Assembly: GCA_964475625.1 (NCBI GenBank)
Contig: CAYYXK010000004.1
Coordinates: forward strand, 1-51,918
Source of the DNA: an uncultured Thermoplasmata archaeon
GTDB taxonomy: Archaea > Thermoplasmatota > Thermoplasmata > WALJ01
DNA: 51,918 nucleotides
Direction of reading: 5' to 3'
Shown: positions 50,199 through 51,918 of the stretch, piece by piece
Position numbering within the stretch: the first letter of the stretch is position 1
Layout: each line of letters begins with the position of its first letter
Program-made: the position numbers and the translations under genes
The notes under the pieces: model-generated
Seen by the model: the letters and a program-made list of their open reading frames with translations, nothing else
What the model was told of the DNA's origin: nothing
The model's database searches: none

Positions 50199-50696
50199 CT
50201 ACCAATCTTCCCTTACCATTCTGGTGAAGTGTATTATCACGGATTTCAGAGTTATCTCTCCGCCCAGTTTTCCGTCATTCTCCACCACAGGCAGTCTTTC
50301 CAGATCATATTTTTTCATTTTTACGAGAACTTCTTTAAGAGTCATGTCTCTGGAAGCGGTTATCAATTTGGAGACCATCACGTCCTTTACCTTGACATTT
50401 TCTCTGTTGAAGAGGTTCTTTTTATGCATCTTTATTGCAGCACCGTATGAGTATGCCATTGAATCCGGTGGGAGCATGGCACGGAGAAGGTCGGTCCTTT
50501 CTATGGTTCCTTTGAGAAGAAGGTTTTTCTCATTATCCACCACCCATGCGTGATTATTCGATCTGAGCATAAAAAATGCATGAACTATTGTTTCATCTTC
50601 TTGAAGCAGCGGCATATCCCATGCACGCGGGTCGGTAAAATCGCTGACCTTCATCCGATACATCTTTTCCAGTATCTCTCTGGTCTTTCCGTTCAT
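50199..50696 (-). CDS. CBS-domain pair protein
   Basis: Two CBS repeats (VVDNE..L.GTI; VKDVM...LPVVE.DG.L.G.IT). Start may be 50714. Confidence 0.82.
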   Translation of the reverse strand: MNGKTREILEKMYRMKVSDFTDPRAWDMPLLQEDETIVHAFFMLRSNNHAWVVDNEKNLLLKGTIERTDLLRAMLPPDSMAYSYGAAIKMHKKNLFNRENVKVKDVMVSKLITASRDMTLKEVLVKMKKYDLERLPVVENDGKLGGEITLKSVIIHFTRMVREDW

Positions 50697-50710
50697 GGGT
50701 GAAGCGGTTA

Positions 50711-51826
50711 TCATTCCACTATATACGACTTTCGTCGTAGATGAAGTATGTTTGCCAGCACACCCATTGCGGTACATGTTTCCAGAGATGCTTTTTTCCC
50801 GGTGAATTCCATGTGATATTTCGCGCTTTCCAGAACGCTTTTGGGAAGCCCGTTGTGTCCGAGGCCGAGAAGGAAAATCATCCCTTCCCTGATCTTTTCC
50901 GGACCAATGTTCTTTTCAGGGTCGGGATGTGGTGTGGTGGCTACGGCGTTCATCAGCCCAATCTGAGAAATGTCCTTGTGCAGCGAGAACCTCCTGGTCC
51001 TGTGAAGTTCTCTGAGATATTCGGAACCATCACCTATCCTCGTGGAGGACAGAGTCCTTTCTATGCACTGCACCTCATCATCGAACGGAAATCCTATCAA
51101 TGCGAGTTTCAGGTCAAAGGAATAACATAATGCGGCTGCCCGGGATATGTTTCTGAAGTGTATCTCGGAGGCCTTTCCTTTGTAGGTATTGTACAGCGCC
51201 ATGGTGAATTCGGGTTCCGGGCCATTCAAAGGGGCTATTTCAGGAGCGACCCTGTTTTTCACCTCTTTTTTCCCATGGCCTTTCATGTAGCTTTCTATCA
51301 TACCGACCCTTTCCGGCGAGAGTTCGGATGCCAATTTTAGCGCTTTTTCGCGGGGAAAACGGTTGTGTACCATTATTCTCAGGAGTTCATATCTGTCCTT
51401 CTCGTTCCTGTCCCTCCAGATATCCCATATTTTCATCACATTTTCTTCATCGGATATTCGAACAAGTTTTGAGAGAAGTTTCATACGAAGTTCCCTGTCA
51501 CCTAGCATATCCGGAAGTCTGTTCACGGGCCTGCCGTATTTCGTTCCCCATGATATCATCTTTTCAAGAATCTCCTCGCGTTTCCACTCGGGAGATACGG
51601 ATACTGCGGAGGATACGGCCTGCTTCCACACGGATTCTCCGTCCATCTTCGAAGCGCAGAGGTCCCGATATATCAAGGAGAGTGCGAATGTCTTTGAATA
51701 TGCGTCCGGTATCTCAAGTGCCTTTTTTATCTCTCTTTCAGGGTATTCTCCGGACCTTATCCGATCAGAGGCTTCTTTTCTTAATTGGCGGGCGAATGAT
51801 GGCCAGTGTTCCCTTTTTCCTTTCAC
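50711..51826 (-). CDS. DUF531 (SPOUT-like) domain protein with N-terminal helical extension
   Basis: C-terminal ALYNTY...RAAALCYSFDL.LAL..FP, ATTPHP, GLGHNGLP, SLETCTAMG. Confidence 0.75.
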   Translation of the reverse strand: MKGKREHWPSFARQLRKEASDRIRSGEYPEREIKKALEIPDAYSKTFALSLIYRDLCASKMDGESVWKQAVSSAVSVSPEWKREEILEKMISWGTKYGRPVNRLPDMLGDRELRMKLLSKLVRISDEENVMKIWDIWRDRNEKDRYELLRIMVHNRFPREKALKLASELSPERVGMIESYMKGHGKKEVKNRVAPEIAPLNGPEPEFTMALYNTYKGKASEIHFRNISRAAALCYSFDLKLALIGFPFDDEVQCIERTLSSTRIGDGSEYLRELHRTRRFSLHKDISQIGLMNAVATTPHPDPEKNIGPEKIREGMIFLLGLGHNGLPKSVLESAKYHMEFTGKKASLETCTAMGVLANILHLRRKSYIVE

Positions 51827-51918
51827 GGTTCCGTATGCCCACCATTATTAAAGAATGTTCCCATGTGTAGAGTACGGAAATTATTTCGCCAAGACTTAAA
51901 GGCTGGAAAAGCTCTCCC

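Noticed and set aside
1-51918. CRISPR array, cas genes, rRNA, IS elements
   Set aside because: No regularly spaced repeats or recognisable motifs found by eye.

Overview
Archaeal chromosomal segment, most likely Thermoplasmatota (Thermoplasmata/DHVE2-like). This is inferred from TrmY, PurP, archaeosortase, archaeal RecJ-like DHH, DUF531, a Rab-like GTPase and archaeal TATA/GGAGG-GGTGA signals. Most of it is housekeeping: tRNA-Ser(CGA), trmY, purP, gcvPA, a 2-oxoacid:ferredoxin oxidoreductase operon, hutU, AK6, M18 aminopeptidase, Ogt and a CPA2 antiporter. It also holds a peptide-type ABC operon whose DppC-like permease carries a large beta-propeller insertion, and a ~1590-aa surface protein. 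Two visibly AT-rich accessory regions stand out. (i) 4.8-8.85 kb: three paralogous membrane proteins of unknown function with duplicated upstream regions, interrupted by a type IV AbiEi/AbiEii toxin-antitoxin pair. (ii) 33.3-40.1 kb: an operon of SDR epimerase - GT2 - giant [GT2 + kinase-like + GT-like + GT-like + radical SAM] - SDR epimerase. The giant gene appears as two ORFs that rejoin into ~1335 aa if one base near 36470 is removed. Region (ii) is the best candidate for an undescribed system. No CRISPR array, integrase or transposase was seen. All family calls come from motif recognition by eye, not database searches.
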